Positions 21,401 through 34,086 of a stretch of DNA of 34,596 nt are shown here, in pieces (the first letter of the stretch is position 1; each line of letters starts with the position of its first letter). The translations under genes and the position numbers were made by a program. The notes under the pieces are model-generated. The model was not told the origin of the DNA and ran no database searches. It worked only from the letters and a program-made list of their open reading frames with translations. The stretch comes from Chiloscyllium plagiosum (Eukaryota): positions 6,752,811 to 6,787,406 of the forward strand of contig NC_057752.1 of assembly GCF_004010195.1 (NCBI RefSeq), read 5' to 3'.

Positions 21401-21596
21401 AATACTCAGCAAATGTGTTTGGAAACTGAAATAAAATCAACTGTAGAGTGTTGTTTTTGTAGATTAATATCTGGAATAACTCAGGAAACCTGACTGGAAA
21501 TGAACTTCGTTTATTGTTGAGCACCAAAATAGAGCCACTACTAATGGCATACAAAGGCTAGTCCCAGTCCAGGTCCCATCCTTGGGTCTGCATTTG

Positions 21597-21715
21597 TTTT
21601 TCCTAATCAACCTGTTCAGACATGTTGTTACACACCTGTGGAGCAGGTGAGACTTGAACCCCAGGCCTCTTGGATCAGAGATAGGGATATCACCAATGCA
21701 CTGCAAGTGACCTAG
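21597..21715 (-). mobile_element. Short tRNA-derived SINE
   Basis: Minus strand carries A box 'gcagtgcattggt' and B box 'ggttcaagtctc'; reverse complement of 22397-22512. A second, interrupted copy spans ~21730-22040. Confidence 0.7.
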
Positions 21716-21758
21716 GGCCGCCTTTATATTCTGATCAATCTGCTCAGAGATGTTTTTC

Positions 21759-21963
21759 TTTAGATTAGATTAGATTACTTACAGTGTGGAAACAGGCCCT
21801 TCGGCCCAACAAGTCCACACCGCCCCGCCGAAGCGCAACCCACCCATACCCCTACATTTACCCCTTACCTAACACTACGGGCAATTTAGCATGGCCAATT
21901 TACCTGACCTGCACATCTTTGGATTGTGGGAGGAAACCGGAGCACCCGGAGGAAACCCACGCA
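21759..21963 (-). mobile_element. 5'-truncated HE1-type V-SINE (young)
   Basis: (TTAGA)n tail, 'ggaaacaggcccttcggcccaac', and V-domain 'tgtgggaggaaaccggagcacccggaggaaacccacgca'; CpGs retained. Confidence 0.88.
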
Positions 21964-22396
21964 ATGTTATTGCACACTTCTGGAGCAGGTGGGATGGAAT
22001 CCAAGTCTCTCTCTCTTTAATATTCAGAAGTGCTCTGAACACAACTGTTTTTTTTTCCCTCCCAACAAATCGCCATGACTTTTTTTAAAAAACTATTAAC
22101 CGGTAAAATACCCGTACAGCCAATTGGAGATCTACATGCAAAACCTGTTAGAGCCAATACAAGCCATCAAAAGTGAGGGAGCAGTAGGGAGGGTGGGATT
22201 GGGTCTGCTTTATTGTTTCTCATCTATCTAGAAGTGTTATATATCACAGACAAAGGGTCTGCTTTATCATGTGATGAGTTTCAGCTGGGCAGGCCATTGC
22301 CTGTTACCAAAGAACTCCTACTCCGTGAGCTCCATAAGATTAATTAGTGATTCCCCATGGGCTTTATAAGGGTTATCACAATATCCGGTGCTTGGC

Positions 22397-22512
22397 TAAG
22401 GGCCTTATGGTGCAATGGTAGTGTCCCTACCTCTGAACCAGGAGGCCTAAGTTCAAGTACCACTTGCTCCAGTGGTGTGTAATAGCATCTCTGAGAAAGT
22501 TGATTAGAAAAT
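22397..22512 (+). mobile_element. Short tRNA-derived SINE
   Basis: A box TGGTGCAATGGT, B box GTTCAAGTACC, ending 'gttgattagaaaa'. Confidence 0.75.
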
Positions 22513-22581
22513 TATCTAGCCATTGCTTGTTCGCAGTGTTACTAGTAGACATTCCAAGTTTGAAAGTTTTATTTCAAGGAG

Positions 22582-24148
22582 ATACATATTACAGAGGAGG
22601 ATAAAGTGAATAAATCCCCAGGACTTGATCACGTGTACCCTAGAAGTCTGGGAAGCTAGGGAAGTGATTGCTGAGCCTCTTGCTGAGATACTTGTATCAT
22701 CAATAGTCACAAGTGAGGTGCCGGAAAACTGATGTTTGGCTAACTGTGGTGCCACTGTTTAAGAAGGGTGGTAAGGATAAGCCAGGGAATGAAAGACCAG
22801 TGAGCCTGACGGTAGTGGGCAGTTTGTTTGAGGGAGTCCTGAGGAGACAGGATGTACATGTATTTGGAAAGGCAAGGACTGATTAGGGATAGTCAACATG
22901 GCTTTGTGCGTGGGAAATCATGTCTCACAAACTTGATTGAGTTTTTTGAAGAAGTAACAAAGAGGATTGATAAGGGCAGAGCGGTGGACGTGATCTATAT
23001 GGACTTCAGTAAGGGCATTCAACAACGTTCCCCATGGGAGACTGGTTAGCAAGGTTAGATCTCATTGAATACAGGGAGAACTAGCCATTTGGATACAGAA
23101 ATGACTCAAAGGTAGAAGACATAGGGTGGTGGAGGACGGTTGTGACCAATGGTGTGCCACAAGGATCGGTGCTGGGTCCCCTACTTTTCTTCATTTATAT
23201 AAATGATTTGGATAGGAGCATAAGAGGCATAATTAGTATGATTGCAGATGACACCAAAATTGGAGGTGTAGTGGACAGCAAAGAAGGTTACCTCAGATTA
23301 CAACAGGATCTTGACCAGATGGGCCAATGGACTGAGAAGTGGCAGATGGAGTTTAATTTAGATAAATGCAAGGTGCTGCATTTTGGGAAAGCAAATCTTA
23401 GCAGGACTTATACACTTAATGGTAAAGTCCTTGGGAGTGTTGCTGAATAAAGAGACCTTGGAGTGCAGGTTCATAGTTCAATGAAAGTAGAATTGCAGGT
23501 AGATAGGATAGTGAAGAAAGTGTTTGGTATTCTTTCCTTTATTGGTCAGAGTATTGAGTACAGGAGTTGGGAGGTCATGTTGCGGCTGCATAAGACATTG
23601 GATAGGCCACTTTTGGAATATTGCGTGCAGTTCTGGTCTCCTGCCTCTCAGAAGGATGTTGTGAAACTTGAAAGGGTTCAGAAAAGGTTTACAAGTATGT
23701 TGCCAGGGTTTGAGGATTTAAGCCACAGGGAGAGGTTGAATAGGCTGGGGCTGTTTTCCCTGGAGCGTCGGAGGCTGAGGGGTGACCTTTATAGAGGTTT
23801 ATAAAATCATGAGGGGCATGGATAAGATAAATAGACAAAGTCTCTTCCCTGGGGTCGGGGAGTCCAGAGCTAAAAGGCATTGGTTTTGGGTGAGAGGAGA
23901 AAGATATAAAAGAGACGTAAGGGGCAACCTTTTCACACAGAGGGTGGTGCGTGTATGAAATGAGTTGCCAGTGGAAGTGGTGGAGGCTGGTACAATTGCA
24001 ACATTTAAAAGGCATCTGGATGGGTATATGAATAGAGGGATATGGGCCGGGTGCTGGCAAGTGGGACTAAATTGGGTTGGGATATCTGGTCGGTATGGAC
24101 GAGTTGGACCAAAGGGTCTGTTTCCGTGCTTTACATCTCTGTGACTCT
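22582..24148 (+). mobile_element. 5'-truncated CR1 (HER1-like) LINE, ORF2 RT pseudogene
   Basis: SQHGFVRGKSCLTNLIEFFEEVT...[49 protein letters not shown]; tail 'catctctgtgactct'. Confidence 0.95.
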
Positions 24149-24734
24149 GAGACAATATTTTCTGGGACTTGTGTTGAAAATGTCCAAACCCTTAGCACTA
24201 CTAATCCCAAAATGACATTCCTATCCAGAGGCCAGTGTCTAACTCACTATACTGTCTAATCCCTTTGGTGTACAAAGAGTTTAAACAAACAGCCTTCCTC
24301 TCATATACTTCGTAGACTGTTAAAGGATGGCTGAGATTGGCTAATTTACTCCAGCCAGGGAATCAAATTTAGGATCCTCCTGTTTTGTTTAGATATTACA
24401 TATTGGATAAATTCATGAGGGGAGTGACTTCTTGGACATTGTGTTGGAAGTTTTATAAATTAATGTTATAAGTTGGTAACAGCATTGGATGTGAAGTGTG
24501 TTTTTCTTAGTGCTAAATTTCTTGATTTCACAGAGACTTTAGGATTGCACTAACAAAATAGTGTCAATCTGCTGTAACCAACATCTGGGCTCTGTTGGGC
24601 AGCACGGACACACCTACGTGTTCTCAGTCACCAATAGACTGGCCATTTCTCAGATCCAGCTGAACAGTGAGAGGGAAATGGCAAGATCAAGGTTTTTGTA
24701 AACTAAACAGCTAGTTTGTTAATATCAGATGATG

Positions 24735-24950
24735 ACAACGACTTGTATTTATATAGTGCTCTTACAGAGCAAAACATGCCAAAGTGTTTCACAGGAGCAT
24801 TATGAAGCAAATGTTGATACCACGCCACATGAGGCCACAGCAGATGGTGAAAAGATTTGTCAAAAAGGTGGGATTTAAGGAATGCCTTAAGGGTTGAAAG
24901 AGGGATTTGGAGAGGGAATTCCAGAGATTGGGTCTCAGCAGCTGAAGATA
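24735..24950 (-). mobile_element. L2-like LINE 3' end
   Basis: 'caacgacttgtatttatatagtgc...caaagtgtttcacaggag...gagggaattccagagattggg'; the tail resembles the Deu-SINE tail. Confidence 0.55.
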
Positions 24951-25204
24951 GCTATAAAAGGAAATCTTTTTAGCTAAAATTTCTGCAGCGCATCTACTGC
25001 ACTTCAATACATTCCCTTCTGGGTTGAACTAAAAATGCTATTAAATCCTCTTTGATCACTTAGAAAACATCAAGAAATTAGCACTTTACAGACGTATTTG
25101 TAGAGAGCTGGAGTAAGTGTGTTATGGTGTCAAAACAAAATGTGAGTAAAACAATCGATCTTTCTTTTATAAATGCACCTATTTTGGAGTCCACATTAAA
25201 ATGT

Positions 25205-25398
25205 TTCACTGTTTAAAAAGGTCACTGAAAGCCAACATACAGGTGCAACAAGCAGTCACAAAGGCAAGCGATATGTTGGCCTTCATTGGAAAGGGATTTG
25301 ACTTTAGGAGTAAAAATATCTTGCTTCAATTGTATAGAATCTTGCTGAGACCCCACCTGCAGTATTGTATGCAGTGTTGGGCCCCTTATTTGAGGGAA
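25205..25398 (+). mobile_element. CR1 RT C-terminal fragment
   Basis: QVQQAVTKASDMLAFI...LLQLYRILLRPHLQYCMQCWAPYLR. Confidence 0.85.
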
Positions 25399-26769
25399 TG
25401 GATCAAACCGTATGTAATACTGAGTTGAGTGAAGAATTTCTAAAATGCAACATCTTTAAAGAAAAGAGATTGACTACTTCCCAAAAATGGTGCCACTCCA
25501 TAATTAGTATTCTATTTTGAATGGCCGACTTTGAAATGGCTGTGATGGAATCCATGTGTACAAAATGACAAATGTTGTGATGAAGCAAAAAAAGAAGAAT
25601 AACTCATCAAAATTGTTGACATCTTTTATCTTTCCTTCCCTTCCTGCCAATTACTGTCATCACCCAAGGGGGGAAAAAGCTAGTTGGGCTTAAACTTTAA
25701 AATAGCTGCCTATGTGATTGCTTAAAATGTGGATCTAATACTGTAGAACTTGGCCTGAATTATCAATTTCATGGAACCTACATTACCGGGAACTGCAATT
25801 GCCCTATTGAAACATTCTCTGAATGGTTCCACAGTTCGTGTGCAGCAAAAGGTAACTGTGAAACAGGAATCTGGAATTACCCAGCTAAGAGTATTCAGGC
25901 TGCGCAAAAGCAAAGGAACTCAGGTATGCTCACCCCACGATTACTTTTTTTTAAAAAAATAAACTGGTACAGCCAATATTACATTGCAAATCATCAGCGT
26001 TTTATTCTGCAGCTACATTTGACTGTGCAACTGAGAACATTCCCTCATTTTTCAATTGAAATTTGAATAAATATTTGTAAAAGATACAAGAATGTGATTT
26101 AAATAGGACAGCCTTTTTGCTGTTGTCGGTAACCAAATAATATCAATGTGGGGATCAACAGCTTCCAGTAATATTGCTCAGCTGAATTGGTTGGAAGTGT
26201 ATCACCATTTTAGACATTTGTAATACTTGGTACTTATGTTGCTCTTGATAGGATAGTTGTAAATCAAGCTGATGCATAAGGATCCAGGAAGTTGAAGACA
26301 GCATAATTATCAAGGGAACAGCAAGAAGAAATAATTGATGCATGCTTGCTGTGGTTCAGATGCATCTGTATATGGATGGTCAGCTTACATGGTTGTGTCT
26401 CATTTGGTGTTTGTGTTTAGTTTACCTCCTACACTAATTGACCGTGTATTTGAAGGTAGGACAAGTAGTTCTGGTAATGGAAATGTTGGTGGCCAAAAGC
26501 AATTTGACTGCTTGTAACAGAAGGATTGGGATTTCTTTGGAACAATACTGAGTACCACAGCAAGCATATATTGTATATGGTAATCTCCTTAAATAACATT
26601 TGTGTCTCAAATGTTTTTGTACTTTGCATTTTTGATATGAGCTACTGCTTTCTGTGACTGAAAGGTTAGGTTTGTTAAAATTGTAATGTTTAAGGATAGT
26701 GATAATGTATAATTTATTCAAAAAAGTTAACAGTTTATGTGGGTAATAAAGTTGACAAATCTTGTAGGT

Positions 26770-27200
26770 TCCACCTGACTGCCTCGCTTCCTAACTCAAA
26801 TCATGTCCCTGCTCTAGCCTGAATCGTGCAATATTCCGCAGTTTCTTTTTCCCTCGTTTCCTCCATTGGCCTCTGCAAGCCTAACTTGACTATAAGATCT
26901 GCTCCCTTTTACGGTATTGCCACCATTCTGCTAATGATCCAACTTTCCTTCCTGGCTCTCATGCTAGCTGCCATAAGAAATGGTTTCCTCTTTCCAGGTA
27001 TTGTTTCCTGCCTTTCAAAATGGTTGTTATCAGTGCTTTCTCCTAAGAAAACTATCCTTGACCACTTTATGCTTGTAAACTTCTCTGGATTTGCCACAAG
27101 CACCGAAATGACCCCAAAATCCCAGAATATATCCTCTGTGACTTTGACTATGATATGCCATCCTGCCTCATCCTCCATGATATGCAATCAGCTAAATTAA
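26770..27200 (+). mobile_element. Possible old L2-like LINE fragment
   Basis: Pyrimidine-rich, with 'tcctcctaagaaaactatccttgacc...ttgtaaacttct' resembling the LKKPSLDP..NY motif of L2 ORF2; heavily decayed. Confidence 0.35.
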
Positions 27201-27872
27201 TAGCACAATTAAATATTCAGCCAACATTTTACTTTTTGACTTGTCGCGTACTGTTACTCCCAGACTCTGTTCCATTAACTACTTCAGTTGTATGAATGAT
27301 GTACTTAAGTCCAACGAGTGCCTGATTCCATTTATTGCAAACACTTCCCTAAAGATCAAAATCTTAATAGTTTGTATTTTAAGACTGTGTATGTTGACTG
27401 AAAGTCAGTTTAATTTAGAGATGCAGCTTTTCACATCCAGTTATTTTTGTGCTACTCCGTACCATTGGCTGTTTATATGCAGTGTTAACAATTCCATTGA
27501 ATGCCTATTGTTCTGGCACACTGATCATTAATCAGCTAATAGTCAGCAATGGGGGAAACAAAAAAAAAATGGCAGTTTCCTATTCCTGTGATGCCCATGT
27601 CTGAATTTTGTGACTTGGGGTACCTATGTTTGGATGCTGTCCTGGACTGGATATTTTGCCTGAGATGAGATGGAAGCTCTGGGCGAACAAAGTAGTGCTT
27701 AGAAATGAAGAGTTTTTGTCTGGAATGTTACCTAGCTTGGATATTGTTGGCTTGTTTCATATTTCTAGTATTTTTCCATTTTTAATTTAATGTATTGTGT
27801 CCAATTCAATGTAACATCGTAGATTATCTTGCATAATCTAATGCTTTTCTGATAATTTTGTGTTTTCTTTAG

Positions 27873-28022
27873 TCTCCTCTCCCACGGTCGGCAAGCCTTA
27901 CAAATGTAATTACTGTGGTCGGAGTTACAAGCAGCAGAGTTCACTGGAGGAGCACAAGGAGCGCTGTCACAACTACCTACAGAGTCTGAATGCTGAGCCA
28001 CCACAGCCATCTACTCAGCAAG
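27873..28022 (+). CDS. IKZF4: IKZF4 (Eos) internal coding exon encoding the VSSPT linker and zinc finger 4 (not reported by the ORF track)
   Basis: Acceptor ttttgtgttttctttAG (27871-27872); 150 nt, phase 1-1, in frame with exon 818-985. Translation (V)[49 protein letters not shown](G); donor GT at 28023-28024. The VSSPT insert and KQQS...YLQSL are Eos-diagnostic relative to Ikaros, Helios and Aiolos. Confidence 0.93.
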
Positions 28023-30449
28023 GTCTGTAACCAGCAGTGCTATAGTTAGTCTGGGGAAGCAGGGACTATGTCTAGTTGTGCCACGGTCACCCAAAGATAG
28101 TGAAACAGATAGCGTATAACTAGCAGTGACATATCCAAATGGTAATTATGGTGTTGCATAGTTATGTGGTTAGCTGCTCATTACTTGTGCACTGCTATAT
28201 TTTTCATGTTTGAAAAAGTGTGCTTAAGTCATTCAGATATCATTCACACACCTTAGGAACTTGTCAAATCCAAAATTTACCTCTGTAAAATTGATTCGAG
28301 ATTCATTTTATTTAAATGGCACCAGCAGAATCACCTCTTAAGTGGCACCCTTCCCTGCATAAAGCTCTGCACAAAGGCGGAGGATCTGCCCAATCATCTA
28401 ATTTAACAAATGTTGTGTTGAACTTTTGATCTACCTGATAATTCAATGGAAAACACTCTCAACAATTTGCTGGAAATGTAATTCAAATGTATTAACAAAG
28501 GGATTGATCAGGAACAGAGAAGTCAATATCTGATGCACATCTGAGCATAGCAAGCCCTGACGCAGAATAGGACTTTGACAAGCACTTGGTTCTAAGAAAT
28601 TGCTCCAAATTAATAATGAATCACAGAATATTTGGACAGAATGTCCAGGTTGGATTTAACTTGATGAATTTATATTGAAACTATCGATAAATATATAAAT
28701 GGGTGAATGTAGGGTTATCTCTGGCATTGTGTATGATCCCTACCATATTTCATTACTGGTTGCAACTTATACAAGTTCAATCAACATCAATAAAATACTA
28801 CCAGTTTGAGAAAAACTGGACATGTCTAGTTGTCAAAATGCTTAGGTTACTTAATTGAAATATAAAATTTCAATTAATTTCCTAAAAATCCGACCCTTTC
28901 TCAATCTTGGGCAAGTGATTGACTTCATTGGTTCTTAAGTGGCTGTGGCAATCATGGTGGCATTAATTCAACAGACTCCATGACATCATTGATATTAATG
29001 TGGTCAGGGTTGGGGAGCAACGGTGCAGTTCTGTGATAATCAGCCATTCATTTTTTTTCAGCAAGGGGCTCTAAACTAGTCTACAAGACCCAGAAAGGTG
29101 TGCTATGGTGCATCTCATCCCATAAGTCACTCATATTATAATATCGTGGAATTTGTGCACCATCACCATGGCACCAATCTTTAGCAAATCTGGTAAATCT
29201 TAGCCAGGCATTTGGAGAGAATTTAGGGTGACTTGTGTTCGGTCTTTGTTTTATCATTCAGAAAAGCAGCTCCTTAACATCATGTTAATCTCCTGCTGGG
29301 TGAGGTGAATATGTGTATCGGACAGTTCCAGCTACCAGATTATGTGATGAAAAGAAATAGATCAATACAGAACACATTCTACCAAAATGGAGAGTACTGG
29401 AGAATGATTAGTTAAATTATAATTTAGAGGCTGATTACTATTCTCATTGTCTCCAAGATGTGTTCATACCTAATTCAAGACTTTGAGGTCAGAGGATGTT
29501 TTCCATTTTATTAATTCAAGGCTGTTAAATCTCCCTGGGTAAGCCAATACAAATTTATCCATTTGGATCATGTGAATCAGGAAGGAGAGTATTTGATCAG
29601 TTTAAATATCTGCCTGCAGGAGAAAATGAATCACCATTCATGTTGCACAGTCGTATGTCTCCTTAAATAACGAAACAGCCGTCATTGACTGACGATTACT
29701 GACTCATTAGAGTGTCTACCTTCACTGTTTTTTAGCAGCATATTGGGCAACTACCTGAGTATTTGAGGTCCAAGAATCAGTTGTCCAAAAGTACCCTCTT
29801 AATTTGAATTGTGCTGTTTTAACTTCTTTCACACATGGTATGTTCAGATAATTTGTAGTATATAAGACAGTATAAGACAAAATAAGAAAATTCTTAAATT
29901 AGAGAGCTATTAAGCATGTACGTCCAAGCAGCAAATATCTGAAAATTACTTTACCCTATTATGCTCAAGAAGTTAAGGTCTTTGAAAACAACCAATTCTT
30001 AAAAGTTCAATTTGACCACTGTACAGTATATTAAACAAAAATAACCCGTCTTGGTTTCAGATAGCCAACAGTGGGTCTGAAGGATCCATCCTTTTGCATT
30101 AGTTGTATCCATGGTTTCTTTGGTATCTTTAAGTAATCAGTACAGAATCTACTATTTCAGCCTTTACTATCCTCCCAGATAATTTATGAAGCACCTTTTC
30201 AGTTTTTGCTGTACACCTTGGCCTAGGACTGTAGTGTATTCATATTTAAACAACTGATTCATCCAAGCCTATAGATGGCAGTCCAATCTTTTAGCAGTTG
30301 GTTGTTTGTGATCATATGTCAGAAAATGAATGCGAAAGCTGCAGGTTCTTAGAAACACTCAACTGGCTCACCTGTGACCATCAGAGCAAGTAAATTGCTT
30401 GCGTGTTTCAAACTACTTGGTTGACTGAACACCTTCAGGGCACATTGGG

Positions 30450-30640
30450 ATCAGAATAAATGTTGCATTCCCATAGATGTGCATCATCCTAAAAGTAAAT
30501 AAATGCAAGTGACTTCAGAAGAAATTTCTTAAAGTTGTTGGAACATAGAACACTTTGCAACGGGGAGTATTTGAGGCATAAATCTTAAATCATTCAAGGG
30601 AAAATTTGACACGTATTCGTGCAGAAGATGATACAAGCCT
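30450..30640 (+). mobile_element. Very decayed CR1 3' fragment
   Basis: 'gacttcagaagaaatttct...tggaac...cattcaagggaaaatttgacacgt'. Confidence 0.45.
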
Positions 30641-32074
30641 ATGTTGTAGCATAAAACCAGCATATAAAAATAGTTTACTATTGTGAACTTTTATTTGCTA
30701 CTAGATTTATCCTCACTGTCATGTGTGGTTCTTGATTCTGATTGTTTCCATAGCTTTGAGTTGAATGTAAACTGAGTGCATACGGCCGCCTCTTTAAAAA
30801 TCAGGTCTGATTTGTTTCTCAGCATTTTGTCAAGGAGTAATTTCCCCTTGTTCCTAACTGGAATGGTAAAGTTGTCCTTAATGGTCCCACGTTTCCCCCA
30901 ATCCCCATCTCTCCACCTTCCCATCTCTCCAAAGCTGATTTTTTTTTTCAGCTTCATACTTGTAAAGCAATATTACTTTCATTGTTGGTTTCTGTAAGGT
31001 AGCTATTCGGTTTGCTCTTTGTCCAATTACTAGACGTTAGAATTTGATCTACATTCAGGTATGGGTCATGGCCAGAGGATAAGAAGAGAAATCCCAAAAA
31101 AAAGCTATATTCTGTGTTTCGTATTACAACTCCAGCAAGATGACTGTGTTGGAAATCAAGCCCCACTACTCAACAAGCCACACCAAGACTATAAATCTTC
31201 TTCAATCATCAAAATGATCAGTTTTTCTTTATTATTGTTAACTTGAACAAAACAAACTTTCAAGAAACTTATAACTTTTATTACAAGCAAATCTAATCTT
31301 CAAACAAGTGGCAAACTGGTTTTCAACTAATTCACATGCAAACTAAACTGTCTTATGCTCACAGTTATTTTGGGAAGGAAAAAAATTAGGTAAAAAGGGA
31401 AACACAACAACATGCCGAAGGTCAGGATTGAATTGCGATGACAGATATATGGATTGGCTTCACTTTTGATTTCCTTTGAATTCTGTCAACAAAATCCGTT
31501 TGCTGACAGTTGCAGAATAATGGAAAATCTTGAGATGAGATTTCAGAGTCAGTTGAGGAAAAGTTTGAGTTAATTAAATTAATATTTGAAACTTTATCAG
31601 GTTTTTGTCAAACTACTTCACTGTGAGAAATATAGAGAATGTTGCTTTCAGTTCCAAGCTCCAATTCTTAAAGATGGAAAGACAGTACTTCCTGTCCTTG
31701 CAAACTTCTTCAACATCTGTCCACAGCTTCTAGGTATGTATTGAAAAAAGAATTAACACCATCCAGAGGCTGTTGCTAGGTGCCACAACATAGATTCATT
31801 AGAGATCTATTTTTGCTCAACAATTAAAGCAATAAAATTCCACTCTTGCCTGTCTCGCAAATCTTTGGAAAGTAGTATCCAACAGTCACTTGGTTTTTGT
31901 AAATAGCAGACAAACCTTTTGAACTTTGAGTTCCAAACAGTCTCATAAATTCTTTGTAATCCATTAATGTCCAAACATGTTCATATTCCAATTCTCATTT
32001 GTCATGTTCAAATTCTGTTTGTTTTAAAAATTGACACATTGCTGGACTAATAAAATAGCCAAGGCTGATCATAT

Positions 32075-34086
32075 TGTATTTCCAGAAGCTTCTGAACCCC
32101 TGCATTGCTTTCTTGCTTTAGAAGACACACATTGTTTGTTTGAATTGGTTGAGTCTACAATTTTGCAGTTCTAAGTCCATGCTGAATTGGCAGCCTACCT
32201 TGGCCTTCCATTCTCTGTCTCCAGGTTGCTGGCTAGAAAGAAACCTACATTACTGCAAGAAAGAAAATGACTGGGCCCAACTCACTGAGGAAACTGTTAT
32301 TGAACACTGACCTCTGGGAAGTTGGAACTCATTTTTAATATCTTTGTATTTACCAAAACTTGTATCTTATTACCTATATCCTCTTCTCTCCAGTCCCATC
32401 TTCCATAATTTCCGAAGTGTTTGTGTGTGTGTGCATGGAATAAGAAAGCAATTGCCCCACATCTTGACTGTTTTAATAATAAACCATCTTTGATTCCATC
32501 TTAAAGGATTTAGCTATGGGTCTATTTAAAAAATTGAAGTATGAAAACCAGGGTTTGGAGAACACCTTTGGCTCAGGAAGGGATGGGAATAAAAAGAGAA
32601 AGGAATAAATCGAAGAAGAGGAAAGCCATCATAATTTAAATTCACCCCCTTTCCCCCTTTGTCCGTGACAGAATTGGGGCTCATTCTGAATTGATCCATT
32701 TATATTAGCCAAAACCAAATAAAAGTTGATAAAAAGAACAAAAATATGAACAGTCCAAAATTTTAAAACCAGCTTGAATCTAATTGAAAGAAACCAATTG
32801 GTGTTTGAAAGGTGAAAGAAAATCCCTTTTCAACTTGTGGTCCACTCTGTAAAAAATACACCACACCCCTAAAATGAATTATGCAAGCTGCTGTTGCTGG
32901 AAGATCAAAATTGCTGGCTCCACAACTGTGTGTGTCTTTGAAGGAACAGAGAACCCTCACAGCTAGGAATGTAGCTATTGTGGCAGACAGCTACAAACTC
33001 ACCCATAGGAGGAACTCCAGCCAGCTCCTTTCCAAGCATCCCAGTGAATATTCGACAGATAAACAGGGCAGGCTAGACACTTGGAACAGAAAATCTAAAG
33101 GGTCCAAAAAGCCCTCCAGCCCATGAGGAGAACTCTTCCAGAGGCTGATGTATTCTGTTGTGATAAAATAGAATATTTCAGACCAGAATGATGGAAGCTA
33201 AAAGGCAAGCCCGTGAAACTGGATGAGTCCAGAGAGAGATGATCCGCAGGGAATGTAGCTGAACTAGGGACCCCCCACTGCACAGAGCCCCAATTCCCCT
33301 GGAGGGTTTTCACTATATGTGGCCAACCTAGGCAAAATCCTAAAAAGGTCTAAGAGTTTTGTCCTCATAGGAACAGTGTCACTTTAACCCTCCCAGAAAG
33401 CGAGCAAGTCTATTGTTTTAATCAAACTCTCTGACTACACAGCCCTTCATGTCAGGAAGGGTTCTAAATCTTTCCCTGACCTGCTATGAAAGATAATGCC
33501 TAGGTTGGTGGTCGGGGCGGAAGATCAGATCTGTACCTCCCCACCGAGTTCACCTCTAATGTGATTTAGTCTCAGCTCCAGTAATCGTAGGAATCAATCT
33601 GGAGTGTTTTGGATTGGAATGCAGGTTGGAATGCCAAGAGAGACTGCACAACCACAGGAACTTTGGCAAGCTCTAGCTTGGTCTCCCTAAGTTAATAAGG
33701 AAAAGAGAGCACCCAAGATAAATAAATGGGGCAGAAGGGGACCTATTCAGCATAGGGTGTTCTGCCAGGCCTCGAGGAAAAGAAGAGGGATGCCTGAGAA
33801 GAAACTGCATCAGCAAGGTTCTGCAAAAGTGCAAAGAGCTGAACGAAGTTCAGAAAGGTCATGGAAGACTTCATAGACTTTAAAGGGACTAAGCCTGAAG
33901 TTGAACTGGCAGACCAATTCATAGTCCAGGTAAACTGGGAACAGGAGCAGAAGGACCATATCCACAGGCAGAGAGTGAATAGGATGCTTCTCCCAGTCAA
34001 AGAGTCAAAAAAAAAAACTGCCAGGTTATGAAAGCGAAAATAGCAGTTTGGAAATGCAGCTGATGAGACTGGCAGAGTCCTCCCTC
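32075..34086 (+). mobile_element. Probable second LTR retroelement/ERV: 5' LTR ending at 32670, PBS, leader and gag-like remnant
   Basis: AATAAA at ~32478; LTR-like end 'gtccgtgaCA' (32670), then decayed tRNA-Pro PBS TGGGGCTCATTCTGAAT (32675-32691), then purine-rich coding-like sequence. The left boundary is a guess. Confidence 0.5.

Larger units (their letters stand above)
986..27872 (+). other. IKZF4: 26,887-nt GT-AG intron of IKZF4 between the ZF2/3 exon and the ZF4 exon
   Basis: Begins GTTCGT and ends TTTAG; splicing joins G|TC (Val) and gives continuous ...[13 protein letters not shown]... Confidence 0.9.

Noticed and set aside
22397..22475. Functional tRNA gene
   Set aside because: A and B boxes are present, but I could not fold a convincing cloverleaf, and diverged copies nearby indicate a SINE.
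26826..27531. ORFs of 92-124 aa as small genes
   Set aside because: No recognisable domains; they overlap probable L2 debris and AT-rich intron.
27765..28010. Minus-strand 81-aa ORF
   Set aside because: It is the antisense shadow of the real + strand exon.
31060..32000. Reverse-orientation LTR related to the one ending at 32670
   Set aside because: There is only weak terminal similarity (ggtcatggccaga versus tgtcacggacaaa) and no PBS, PPT or TSD to support it.
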